A stretch of 56,474 nt of DNA, counting the filler, from Diploschistes diacapsis (taxonomy: Eukaryota): NCBI GenBank assembly GCA_023645945.1. It is 6 parts of 6 records of this genome, joined end to end, with 100 filler letters (N's around TTAATTAATTAA, not from the genome) between each part and the next. Parts side by side here need not be neighbours in the genome. Positions count along the whole stretch, not along the records: positions 18,880 to 28,210 come from JALAIB010001056.1; positions 28,311 to 37,637 come from JALAIB010001057.1; 4 more parts are not named here. The stretch is one strand, 5' to 3'. The notes under the pieces are model-generated. The model was given only the letters and a program-made list of their open reading frames with translations, was not told where the DNA came from and made no database searches. Of the stretch, positions 23,365 through 34,624 are shown one piece after another. The position numbers and the translations under genes are program-made. Position 1 is the first letter of the stretch. Each line of letters starts with the position of its first letter.

Positions 23365-24192
23365 TTAAAGATAAAGCGCCTTGCTTTCGGCCCATCTGAT
23401 GAGACTCTCGTAATCTTGACATTGGTGGTCTATTCCGATACCCGAGATGATTCGCGTTCCTGGGATATTCGGTTCAAGCGTGGCATCTGCAGCACACATT
23501 AACGCCTGCCGCAGGTAATCAACGCAGTGTATTATATGGTAATTAAACTCGTCAATCTTGGCCCTAGCGACCTCGGGATGAAGGGTCAGATCGTAATAGA
23601 TGCGACGAATGGAATTCTGGGCTGGTGAGTTAAACGACCACATTAAAGAGGCTTCCTCTGTCCATCAGGACTTACAAGGCAATGCATTTGATGGAACACC
23701 GCAACTCCCGCAATCTCCGGCTGGTCACTGGTATCGCCTTTAAGTGGAATGAGGCCTACAGCCTCGGACTTGCCGTTGATCTGATGCGAGGTGTGGCCCC
23801 CTTTGAAGACGAACTGCATTAGCTTCCTGCCTGAGAAAAGCCTATCGAGCTGACCCACCGGGGAAAAGCTCCTTCCAAGCGTTGTCTGTCTCGAATGATG
23901 GTGCTTGCCCGAAAGTCTCATTTCTCGTGAAGTTCTTCCTCAGACTTTCCCGCAGGAATGGAGCAGGAAACCCTCCTGCTGGGTTGCCAGTGGCCGTGGA
24001 AGAGTCGGTCTTCCTTACCGCCGCGATTGCAAAGAGTATCGAGACAGTCAGAAGAACTAAAGTCCATACTGTTCGTAAAACATCGCCTAACCGTAGTTTC
24101 GAGGAAGGAATCTTGATCTCTTCAAGTAGGGATTCGTCGGATCCTTTCGATGCGGCGAGAAATGGCTCAGAGTCAAGTGAGTTGCGGGCCAT
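23365..24192 (-). CDS. UstYa-like / DUF3328 oxidase (236 aa); exons 24192-23859, 23800-23676, 23616-23365
   Basis: N-terminal TM helix (VWTLVLLTVSILFAIAAV), PSFETDNAWKEL, and two HxxHC motifs: VFHQMHCL and HIIHCVDYLRQALMCAADATLE; C-terminal HQCQDY. Introns 23858-23801 and 23675-23617 are canonical and restore the frame. Confidence 0.93.
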
Positions 24193-24479
24193 TGGCGAGT
24201 GTTGAGGTAACAATTGAAGAGTTGAGTACGATCCATTACGGAGAGGGCGTTTAAGTAAGACCGTAGACTTTTCGATTTGTGCGGAATGAGTCCGAATGAT
24301 GCTTCTGTTCCGGTGTCCATAAAGCCATCATCCACTCGTTACGAGATCAATTACCCACTGTGGTCCGCTGATCGGTAAAATGATAAGCAAATAGGCGACC
24401 ATGGTGAAAATAGGTAACAACGGTTATTACCAGTGATTTGCTAGCTCAACCAGGCATTTTCGTACTTATCCTTACCTCA

Positions 24480-25550
24480 GTAGATACCTCAGACTATATC
24501 CTAACGCGCTAGTTGCGCGCCGGCCGGTTTGTCTCGAAAACACTACCTGCTCTCCGCTCACTCTCCACATATAATATGCCTACCAAGTAATTTAGCTCAT
24601 ATCTAGCTCCCATAATAATTTGTATATATTACATATACGAGCCATATTACGCCATAAGCGTACCCATTTCCGACGCATTTACATAGATCATCCAAAATTA
24701 ATTTTATAATAAATACTGTCAGAATACTAACCTAAATAGGGTAGTCAGATTGCTTACTAAGCTTCTAGCATGTTTAAATATTCTAGAAGGTTCTAGAATA
24801 TTCTAAAACATAATAGAATATTATCGAAGATAATCGAATATTATCGAATATCATCGAATATTCTAGAATATTCTAAAATATTCGGCTTATTAATGCATGG
24901 AATAATTTAAAAGGGTAAAGAACATTCTAGAATAATGATTACTAATTACACTAGCGTGAAATGTGCCTATAAAAGGCCTCTCACCCTCCATTGTTCCTAG
25001 TTATAACCTTCAACCTCTTCAATATCTTCACTGTATAATAGTCAGCTACCAGGCTAGGCAGGCTAGGATTATTCCCTAGTTAGGACTAGCTGCAGAATAC
25101 ACTCTTAGTCATCAGTTATCTATTAGGACTTCCACCACTTTCAACACAACCCTTATTTATTTATTTGATTTTTAAAGCGTGAAGTATGAAATGAATTTTT
25201 AGGGATATAATGCTTACAATTTAAAAAAGGTGAAGTGTAAGGATGTAATTTTTAATAATTATTTAGTTTTTAAGCTTTAATTACGTACCAGGAGTTTGGG
25301 GACGCAATCCCCGAAAAAAAAGCATGGTTTAAAGGTGCAACCCCTCATGACTTACCTAGTTTTTTAAGCCTAGATTTTTTATTTAGTACATACTGCTTCG
25401 CTTAGGAACTGCGAGGCTGTTTACCGACACTTGATATTTCTGTTTTATAGTTTATATATAAATAAGGACCGCGGTTGCATTATTGCTTTTAGATCATCTC
25501 TTATCTTTTTAAGCTAGCATTCTACTTCCTTAAGTGTGAATCACCGTCCA
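24480..25550. mobile_element. AT-rich RIP-like relic containing a possible solo-LTR-like segment (about 24717-25146)
   Basis: TG...CA-bounded segment with internal (A)ATATTCTAGA/ATATTATCGA short repeats and a TATAAAAGG box at about 24968. No clear target-site duplication. Confidence 0.4.
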
Positions 25551-25821
25551 GAAACACAATGCACGATCTACGATTTACAAGTATGTCTGCACGATGGCAT
25601 CGGTGTGCAACGTGAAACTGTTAGGAAAGGCTGTACCTTGAAACTATTTTCAACTACCTGGTGCCACAGAACTGTGTAGCCTGCAGAATCCTTACTACGT
25701 CAAGAACGCTAGTAATAACCATACTCTACCTCCGTAACCACTATATCCCAATGCCACGGAGGCCGAAAGCAGCGTTCCATGCCATCAAGCCACAACAACT
25801 AAGAAGTGCGTGTGCATAGCG

Positions 25822-27208
25822 TTAAAACTGGATAAAATCTTCTTGCCTTGACAAAGCCTGGTCTTCTAGCCCACCGGCTTCGAGTATGATGGCATCGCCT
25901 AGAGTCTCGGTGCCTGTACTGTCAGTAATACTAGGATTGCTTGCTTTTCCCTTGGCATAAACCTGTATTGCTTGGACAGCATGTTGTCTAAGCTGGCCGG
26001 CCCTATCCACATGTCGGAGACGACACTGAGCATTTAAACATTTACCTTCCTCAAAATAACCTGGACACTCGAACCTGTGCTGTGCAGGACAGGACGTTCC
26101 CCTGCTACAAAAACCAAAGCAAGAAAATGCCCAACATATCTCTGCAGCTGGTTTCACACGAACGTGTGGATAGCGGCAAGCTGACTTGAAACATGTACCT
26201 CGAATGAAGTGCACGCAAGCTGGAACACGTTCGTACGTGAGTTCATGGGATAAGTCGCAGTTCTGGTCTTGCTGGCACTCGCCATGTTTGAGGAAGTCAC
26301 GACATACGGCAACTTTTGCTGGATCATGACCGAAAGGACAACGAGAACCGAGGGGACATCTTCCTATCACACAAGTTAGTCTTGGTCATCCGCTAGTGAA
26401 GCCCCATCATAATTCTACTTGATGCAGGACAGAGGGGGAAGAGAAACGGTACCAGTCTTAGTAAACCTTTTGCACTGTTGCGTTTTGATTGTAGCGGTCG
26501 GTGTGCTCCTAAGCCGTTCATGTTTAGCTGAAGTATATATCCGGAAAATTGCCTGGCCTTGCTGATTGGGCTTACCCGTGGCTGTTTGACTGCAAATCAA
26601 AATGGCCAGCTCCTATGGAATGAGAGAGCCAGAGCTGTCGAGAATTACCAGGTCCTCCTTTACAATATCTTGTTAGATGCACAGACGAGTCAGTATGGAG
26701 ATACGGGTCAGAGCCCCAAGTTACATCTTCATACCTGATTTTGCCAGTCAAGATATTCTGCTTGTGTACTGAAGGGCTGATTAGCTGCAAATGCCGATCG
26801 TGTTTGGACACCCATCCCTCTATTGGCATATAGCTATCACAAGAAGGCTCTGTCGACACTGGGGATCGTGTCTGGTCTAGGATCTCCAAGGCGGAGCCGT
26901 GGACGTTATGAGATAATGCTCTCGGGGTCTGCTGGATGACTATTGATCGATGGTGGTGACCAGGCATGCGAGTAGATACTTTTGTGATTCTACCTGTTCG
27001 AGGATGGACATGCCCACATACAGTGGACTTAGTGCTTAGGGTTTGGGGACGTGGTATATTAGCAGTGGGTGGCTGCTGAAGTGATTCTTGTTGATCTCTA
27101 TGAAGATTGATCCGACCTTATAATTGTTATCGCTGTTAATTGGCATTGATTGGTGAGCTTACCTGCAAGCTGTGAGATGCGAGACAGTATATCTTCGTCT
27201 TCGCCCAT
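25822..27208 (-). CDS. CCCH zinc-finger protein (ZC3H3/Red5-like), 4 exons
   Basis: Start MGEDEDILSRISQLAG-RINLH; WVSKHDRHLQLIS; tandem C-x8-C-x5-C-x3-H-type fingers (CKRFTKTG-RCPLGSRCPFGH, CRDFLKHGECQQDQNCDLSH, CVHFIRGTCFKSACRYPH...). Introns at about 27162-27117, 26575-26509 and 26452-26364 restore the frame. Confidence 0.75.
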
Positions 27209-27299
27209 TTTTGATCATGAGATCACTGTAGCTGGCAAGACCAGACACATCTGTTTAATACTGTTGTGGAATTGGTGCGCAGGTCCCTAGCGATAATAA

Positions 27300-28210
27300 C
27301 AAAGTGGCTAAGATTTCTTAACTAGGAAGTTATTCTTAGCCTACCGAACCTACTTAAATTCACAAAGGGTTTACGTTGCAAAGTTAATAAAATTGGCATG
27401 ATGACTTGGGTACTTTTTCGAAAATAATAACTAGTTTTCCTATAATATGTTGGACGGGGCTTCCGGCCACCTTTAGATTCCGGCCGCTTTAAACCTTCAT
27501 CGCTAATATTCTACGGATCATTTATTTGTCATAATTAAAATTTAATCCATGCGAGTAATTTTTTTAACTTGTTTAACGGTCTATCCGGTTACTTCCCCTT
27601 CTGGCCATTTTAAATCATTATTATCATTCTATTTTCAATCTTTCTCAACAATAGCAGTCTCGCTTCGAAATAAATCGTTATTAATAGAATTGTGAGATAA
27701 GATATGCAGTAGGGTGAAACGCCAGTGCAGGAAAGGATGCTACTCTACCGGGGGCTGGGCCTGATCCGGAAGGATTAGGTGTAGCTTAGACATCTGCAGG
27801 TAAAAGGTTTCGATTCGAAAAGCTGAAGAAGAAACTATCTAAATGGGAAGAAGGTACCGTTAATTAGTGTAAATGCTAGACTTACCGGGATTCAGAGATT
27901 ACCCGTTTATACAACCATTTGCTAATCTTGTCGTGTTTTAACAAGCATTTGGGTATTGATTTTGCCGTGGCTTAGCAAATATTTAGGTATTAATCCTATC
28001 GTGGCTTGGTAAGTACCTGAGTACTAATCCTACCGTGGCTTAGCAGGCCCAGCTTAGCAGGCCTTTGGGTTAAACTATTTCATTATTTCTTTTTTTAGAT
28101 GTTTATATTTCTTATAAACGCGATATTCTTTTTTAATTAATTTTTATCTCGATTTTTATTTCTTTTTTAATTTGTTTAAAAGGATATTTATTATTTTTTT
28201 ATAATAAATG
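27300..28210. mobile_element. AT-rich RIP-like relic with degenerate ~33-bp repeats (CGTGGCTT core, about 27930-28050)
   Basis: No ORFs, high AT/TpA content, three CGTGGCTT(A/G)G units; runs into the gap. Confidence 0.4.
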
Positions 28211-28310
28211 NNNNNNNNNNNNNNNNNNNNNNNNNNNNNNNNNNNNNNNNNNNNTTAATTAATTAANNNNNNNNNNNNNNNNNNNNNNNNNNNNNNNNNN
28301 NNNNNNNNNN
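28211..28310. other. Artificial contig spacer
   Basis: N44-TTAATTAATTAA-N44. Confidence 0.98.
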
Positions 28311-28683
28311 CGGTTGGGATGGTCGGGGCGGAAAATATGGAAAATAGGGGATGTGAGCTTGTGGGATGTAGATGGAAGCAAGGCAAGGGAAGGGCTCTAA
28401 TTCTCAAGCGTTACGTAAGGGAAGAAAAAGGGAATGTAAAAGAGAAGCGTACGAGGAATTCATGAAGTTCTTGTGGTCGTCGATCTCATCCCAGTCAACC
28501 AGAAGCCTGATGTTCGTAATGTTTTCGACTTCACGACCCCAGTAGATGCGCTGGCACCCTGGTTGACTGGAGACCGTGTTAAGCAGGTCCTGCCATAGGG
28601 AACCTGCTGGGCTGCTTGGGTCTTCAAGGGTTGAGCCGGCATGCACCGGGATAATGGCGATTTCGGGTTGCTGTAGGCATCAT
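28311..28683 (-). CDS. Dimeric alpha/beta-barrel (ABM-like) protein, 3'-truncated, with an apparent 1-bp frameshift near the start
   Basis: MMPTAT-(extra C)-EIAIIPVHAG...LNTVSSQPGCQRIYWGREVENITNIRLLVDWDEIDDHKNFMNS, then a GTACGC donor. Confidence 0.65.
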
Positions 28684-29333
28684 GTGGAGGATTGCTATCG
28701 AGGACAAACTGTAGTTCAATTTCTTCGCAGGGATTGGGGATTCACCAAAAAATTAGTTGTATTCTGATTGAAAGGGGTTTGAGGTTACATGAGCATAGGT
28801 GATGCAGAAGACCTCCCCCACATGAGGTATATGACGATGATGCAATAACCTCCATCGACACCAATGCATTTAGCACTGCAATTGGACCCGACCAAAGAAA
28901 ATAAGAACAAGCACTTGCAACGATTCGGGTACAGCTGGATCAATCGGTCTGGAGTGCTCTGGCATCCTAGGAGGCTGTGTCTACTTGGCGATCGATGCTG
29001 ACAACTTCATAAGAGACTGCTGCCATAGTTCCAAGGGCACTAGACAATCGATTGAAGCTACCAGTATAACATGGATGCAGATACCACTATCAATGTCAAC
29101 TATTGCAGAAGTGGGTCTTCCTCTTGGTTGAGACTGGAGATTTTCCACATTCTTGGGTGTCCCACTTTATCCATAGACATAGATAGTCTTCCTTCGAATC
29201 TCCCGAATTGGTAGCATGAAACCTTCATTCAACGTGCACGGATATGCGAATTGTAGGCGCGTAAGCTCTGTCCCTGCATTATGCAGCGGGAAAGCATCCA
29301 TCTCAATGCTCTCTGATTGCCAAACAAGGAATG

Positions 29334-30374
29334 TTACCAAATCCTGTTCTCCTCGATTTTGCGCCGCGACCGAGCTTGAGCTGCGCGTTTCTGTGCATTC
29401 TGCTCAGTCGGCGGTCGGAAGTACAGACTCGGGCCGCGACCCTCTTCGACCGTATAGGCCAGGTATCCCCTATGCGCCGGATCACGGTAGTATTCAATCG
29501 CTTTTCGAGATATGGCGTCTGGAAGTCGTAGAGGATACTGTTTGGTACTCTGTAGAGCAGCATTGGTCGCATTGGGCTCTTCAGAGCGCGTGGTGTTCTG
29601 CTCTCCTGTGATTGCCGATGGGGCTGACAGATGCGCTTCTGGTTCCGTTCGCAGTGAGACCATAGGATCCATCTTGCCAGCAACGATCTGCTTGATCGCC
29701 CATTCTGTGTAGTACCTGGTTGTTACTTTACCACCCGCTTGCTCGACAGCCGCTATTGCCGAGGCGCTTGCTCTTGAGACGATAATATGAAGGGGATGCG
29801 TCAAAGGTGGCTGGGCGTCAAGTGAGTTTTTATGAGAGAAAGATGTCGCTAGCAGTTTGACTCCATCCTTGGGCATAGATATACAATTCGAACGGACGAG
29901 TTCCCGTACTGTAATAGGATGGTGCGGCGAAATGCGGTTCTGTGCAATCCAAGACTGTATCCGTGAGAGAGGCAGCGTCGTGAGATCCGCGGAGAAGCTA
30001 CAATGCCGTCAGTCGTGTAGTATTCTATAGTAGAGAGGCAATGCATACACGTTCTTGAACCCGCGCTTGCCATGCACTACCTCGATGGGTGTTTGACCAC
30101 CTTCAAACCCTCGGGGAACCTTGCCATGCTGCTTCTGGCCCTTGTGTCCACGTCCAGATGTTTTCCCCTTCCCAGACGCAGGTCCTCGCCCTACCCGTTT
30201 TTCCTTATGATATGCGGCAGGATTGTCAGAGAGCTGCGCAAGGATAGAAGCTTGTCTTTGTTGCGGTCGCGCAAGAAGGGAGCTGGAGCAACGGAAAGTG
30301 GGAATGATAGGAGTACTCTGCACAAAGTTCCTCGCACAGGCCAAACAAACCAGTCGCGGTAGCATCATTGGCAT
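29334..30374 (-). CDS. MRPL10: Mitochondrial ribosomal protein uL15m (YmL10); intron 30048-29998; exact start ATG uncertain (30365-30386)
   Basis: [68 protein letters not shown]. Arg/Ser-rich presequence. Confidence 0.93.
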
Positions 30375-30642
30375 GCTGTATGGCATTGATCCTTTACGGA
30401 TAAGGGTAAATTTTGCAGCGGTATCATCTACACGTGACAAACTCTGAAAGGGTACAATACGTATGTTAATAGAATTGGCTTGGCATTTTCGGCGTAAGCA
30501 GCCGATTATTGAATGTCGAGCAAAATAGCTGTAGAAATCTGTTTTTAGGTATAAAACAGGCATCACAGCCAATTTGAAACGATAAAAATTTAACTGAAGA
30601 TGCTCCTTGTTCTGCTTTACCTCCCTATACTATAGATTTGCT

Positions 30643-31250
30643 ATGGCGACCCCTAAGCGCAAAGCAAAACCGAATGCGACGGCGTCAAAAGCACCCGCGA
30701 AGCGACAGCGAGCCAGAACACCGTCGAGAGATCGATTAAAGCCGCCAATAGCTCCTTTATCGCCCCTAATATCGTCTGAAATAAAGGCGTTAAAGTCTTA
30801 GCATATCGTCGCTTATATTCTCTTTTTCGAAACTAAATAGCTGCTTAAATCCATCAGCTTAACTGTAATCGCGATAATATTATAAATAAGCTGTCGAAAT
30901 TGTATTTGAAGATCCTTCTCTTTTAATCGAGACGCAACGTTACGCTCGGCAACGACGACGGCGAGTTTCTTTCGATCGTGAAGGAATTCCGTTATATCGA
31001 AAAAATCGGCCTATACGCGATCATTAATAAAGCTCTAAAGGGACTAAGCAGACGAGACCTCCTTATTATATCAAACGTCTGCATTAGCAACAGACCAGAT
31101 TCCCGCCAGCGATTATAATAAAAAGCTCGAAATAAAGCTTCAAACGCTTGAAAAATGCTTCAAAATTAGTATGGGAGAACTAACTATTGTTTCCGAAAAA
31201 AGTGCCAAGACGCCAAGACAATTCTATTAACGTTTGCAACGTACTGTAGG
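30643..31250 (+). pseudogene. Stop-riddled ORF relic (MATPKRKAKPNAT...), RIP-like, possibly transposon-derived
   Basis: Basic NLS-like start followed by repeated TAG/TAA stops; TpA-rich, CpA-poor. Confidence 0.35.
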
Positions 31251-31552
31251 GCTGACCAGATCCTTCGTAAAACGCGGCCAAAGACCGCTCCAGAAGGGGG
31301 CATAGTACCCTGGCATTAGGTGAAGGCAGGAATAAGGATTCAGCTCCTAATTTTTCTACTGATCGGTAACTACATCTTCCATGTATCTTCAAAGGCTTTC
31401 GTTACCTCATTGAATTACCACAAATTCTGGACGGTCTAATGTGCGACGGCATATCGTAATGCTACCTGGACAGCCACTGCGCTCAGGCTGTCCACTTCAG
31501 CTGACAATCGAGGCCTCGCTGCGCCGTACGCTGAACGTGCAGCTGCGGCGAC

Positions 31553-33605
31553 ATGGGATTCGCTCCAACACCGCGAAGATGGCTACTTCTCTTCGCCACT
31601 ATAGGTATCTTCTTACTTGCTATTCACCTACTTGGCGTACCGAGTTCGAATCTGCAAGATGTCCTTGACAAAGTCCCAATACCGGGTCGGCCGAAACCTG
31701 ACAGCAGTACCTTTTCGCCTTACAAAACGAAAGGGAACGACGAGAATGGCACAGGTGAGGAGGCGTCTGAGGAGCCTAGATTCCTCAAACTTCAATGGGA
31801 TCCGCGAGACAACCATCCGATCTCCAAATTGATCGCGGAAGCGGACAAGAGGTGGCGCGCATACGAAGATAGCAGGTCAGAAACTTTTCGAGATTTGGTC
31901 GCCAACTACCGGAGGAAGTACGGAAGACACCCGCCTCCTGGTTTCATCGAATGGTACAGATTCGCTCGTAAGCGCAACGTTCATAACATCGAGGACTTTG
32001 ACCAGATCATGGGTGACCTGAGACCATTTTGGGCAATACCACCTAAGACCATTAGAGCATTGGCAGCGCATATGTGGGAGCCAGATGACGGTGTGAGCGG
32101 AATCCACATCAGAAAGGGCAAGGTTGTCAAGAACAATAAAGAAAGCTGGCGACCCGAGACGCTGATTACGCTCATTAAAACGTTCGTACAGCACCTGCCA
32201 GATATGGATATCGCTGTCAACATACTCGACCAGCCTAGGGTAGTTGTTCCATGGGAAGACCTCCAGCAGCACTTGGATGCGGAGTTCAAATCGAGGCAGA
32301 CCGTTCCTGACGCTCTCAACGAATTTACTCCTGGGATGGATGGACTCTTGAAGTTGGAATCAGAACCAGACCAGGACAACAGTACTCGAGAGGACGCGGC
32401 CTGGTTTCGCGCCCCGGGCAAACCCTATATGGACATCGCGAAGGTCGGCTGCCCTCCAGAGTCGCACGCGAACAATGGCACTGATGTCGTATTTGCCGAA
32501 AATACTTGGAAGGTTGCCGCCAGTGGAATTGTGACGAACTTCAACCTCTCTTCTGATCTGTGTACGATGGGTCCAGAGATTTCTGACAAGCATGGTTTGT
32601 TATTCTCTGCGTCTACAATAATAGCCACCAAGAGACTAGTACCAATATTCGGGGAGTGCAAGGTCAATGTCAACAACGACATTCTCTTCCCTGCAAACAT
32701 GTATTGGCGTCACGACCAGAGGTATGACTATGACAACAGACATGATGTGGAATGGTCTGAGAAGAAGGATGTGATGGTATGGCGGGGGGTCACGTCTGGA
32801 GGGGTCCAGCTTGAAGACAACTGGGAGCGAATGCATCGGCAAAGGCTGGTACAGATGACGAACTCTACGGTAATGAAAGGAAAGGAAGTGAGACTGTTCG
32901 CTGAGAAGGCTCAACGGCCGGGCGATTACGATGTTTTGCCCAATTTTCAACCCTCTCAATTTCTTGACAACCACACAGACGTGGGCTTTGTCGAGGCTTG
33001 GGGCTGCGTACCGGACTGCCACTTCTACGACAGCGTAATGACATGGAAACCACAGATCACGCTCGGGAAACAATTCGAGGACAAATACTTGATAGATGTC
33101 GATGGACACTCTTTTTCTGGCCGGTGGCGTGCCTTCTTGGAAAGTAAGTCGCTTGGGCTCAAAGCCACGATATTTCGGGAATGGCATGATTCAAGGCTCT
33201 TCGAATGGCGGCATTTCGTTCCGCTGGACAATCGATATGAGGAGTTATACTCCGTGCTTGCATACTTTATTGGCATTGGCGAGCGGGAACAGCGAGCTGC
33301 AGGCCAGCCTTTTATACCCGAGCATGATTTGGAAGCCAAGAGGCTTGCACTCCAAGGAAGAGAATGGGCTAACAAGGTGTTGAGGCGGGAGGATATCGAG
33401 GTACGTTAATATATAACTCATCAATATTTCTGGTCTCTGACATCCTTCAAAGGTGTACATGTATCGTCTCCTGCTCGAGTATGGTCGAATAATCGACGAC
33501 AACCGTGATCGCATAGGGTACTCCGGAGATGGCAGTGAGATCGACCGAGAGGAAAGCGAACCGATGATCAAGATTTGGTGGCCTGGTCTTAGCGTACACA
33601 TGTAG
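31553..33605 (+). CDS. Glycosyltransferase family 90 (CAP10/Cxt1-like); exons 31553-33400 and 33453-33605
   Basis: Type II N-terminal TM; YRRKYGRHPPPGF, DLRPFW, WRGVTSGG, YLIDVDGHSFSGRW, ATIFREWHDSRL, VLRREDIE-VYMYRLLLEYGRIIDDNR. Confidence 0.92.
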
Positions 33606-34200
33606 TTATAAGTATGGGTATCGGTATTGGATTCTGCGGCGTTTTTTCTCATGATGGCGGCGGCCTCGGTTAGTGAACATGCAGATACCACGGGTTTTGG
33701 CGTCCTATTTAGCTGGGTAGGCTTGTTCGAGCCAGCAAGTCTAGCCAGCGACGTTGTACATAGTTGGTTGTATAAGTCAACAACAAAGGAAGACTTCTTC
33801 ATATCACGATTTCCAAGCCTGTTTTCCGGCTCTTTTTTCATTCTCTGTTGGCCAAAAAAAGCAGCTTCCCCCTCCTTGGTGACTGTGCCCTATTGTTTCC
33901 CCCAAGACCTAAGCCCGGGAGCCGGGATGCAATAATGTTAGCTTTTAACACAAACTCTTTGCACTCCGTATATATGACATAGTACATTTTATTGCCAGGT
34001 GGCTGAGTGGAACAATCTACCAGCAGAGGTCTTTCTCACTCCATCTGTCGCACAAATTGTGCCTGTGCTGTGTCTTTCTCTGTTTCGGAGCTATGTCGGC
34101 CCGATGTTAGTTTCTGAGAGCGTGCTTAAGACGAATCTCAAATTCTTTCTTGCAAGTTTAGTCTCTCTATACATCCGAATTACCCCAGTTTGTACAGCTC

Positions 34201-34222
34201 TGATGATGATGATGATGATGAT
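34201..34222 (+). repeat. (TGA)7 microsatellite
   Basis: tgatgatgatgatgatgatga. Confidence 0.85.
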
Positions 34223-34624
34223 AACTGTTAAGAAACCAACAGAGACTGCCACAGCCATCCGAAAGAAGAGAAAGAGTGTTGAACGGGCGGTGTATTCCTT
34301 TCAGCTGTGCCCTTGCAGTGGTGTCTTCTGAGTGCGGGAGCTAACCGCTTGTGTAAGTAAGGCCAGAACTTTGCCCTGATCACGATTCAAGAGTCGACAA
34401 GGCTGTCCTGGCTGGCTTACAGGAATAATAAATCTGGCTGCTGATTTACCATTATTCGAGCTTCTGACCATCTTCCCCCATCAGCCTTTTTTCTGTCTCT
34501 ATCTTTAACCGTTGGTACTGTCTCACATCTCGCATGCGAACTTGTCGGGTTCAGCTGGATGGGAGGCATTCTTTATTCAAGCCCCCCCCCAAAGTCATAG
34601 ATTACACGAGATCGAGCTGTCGCA

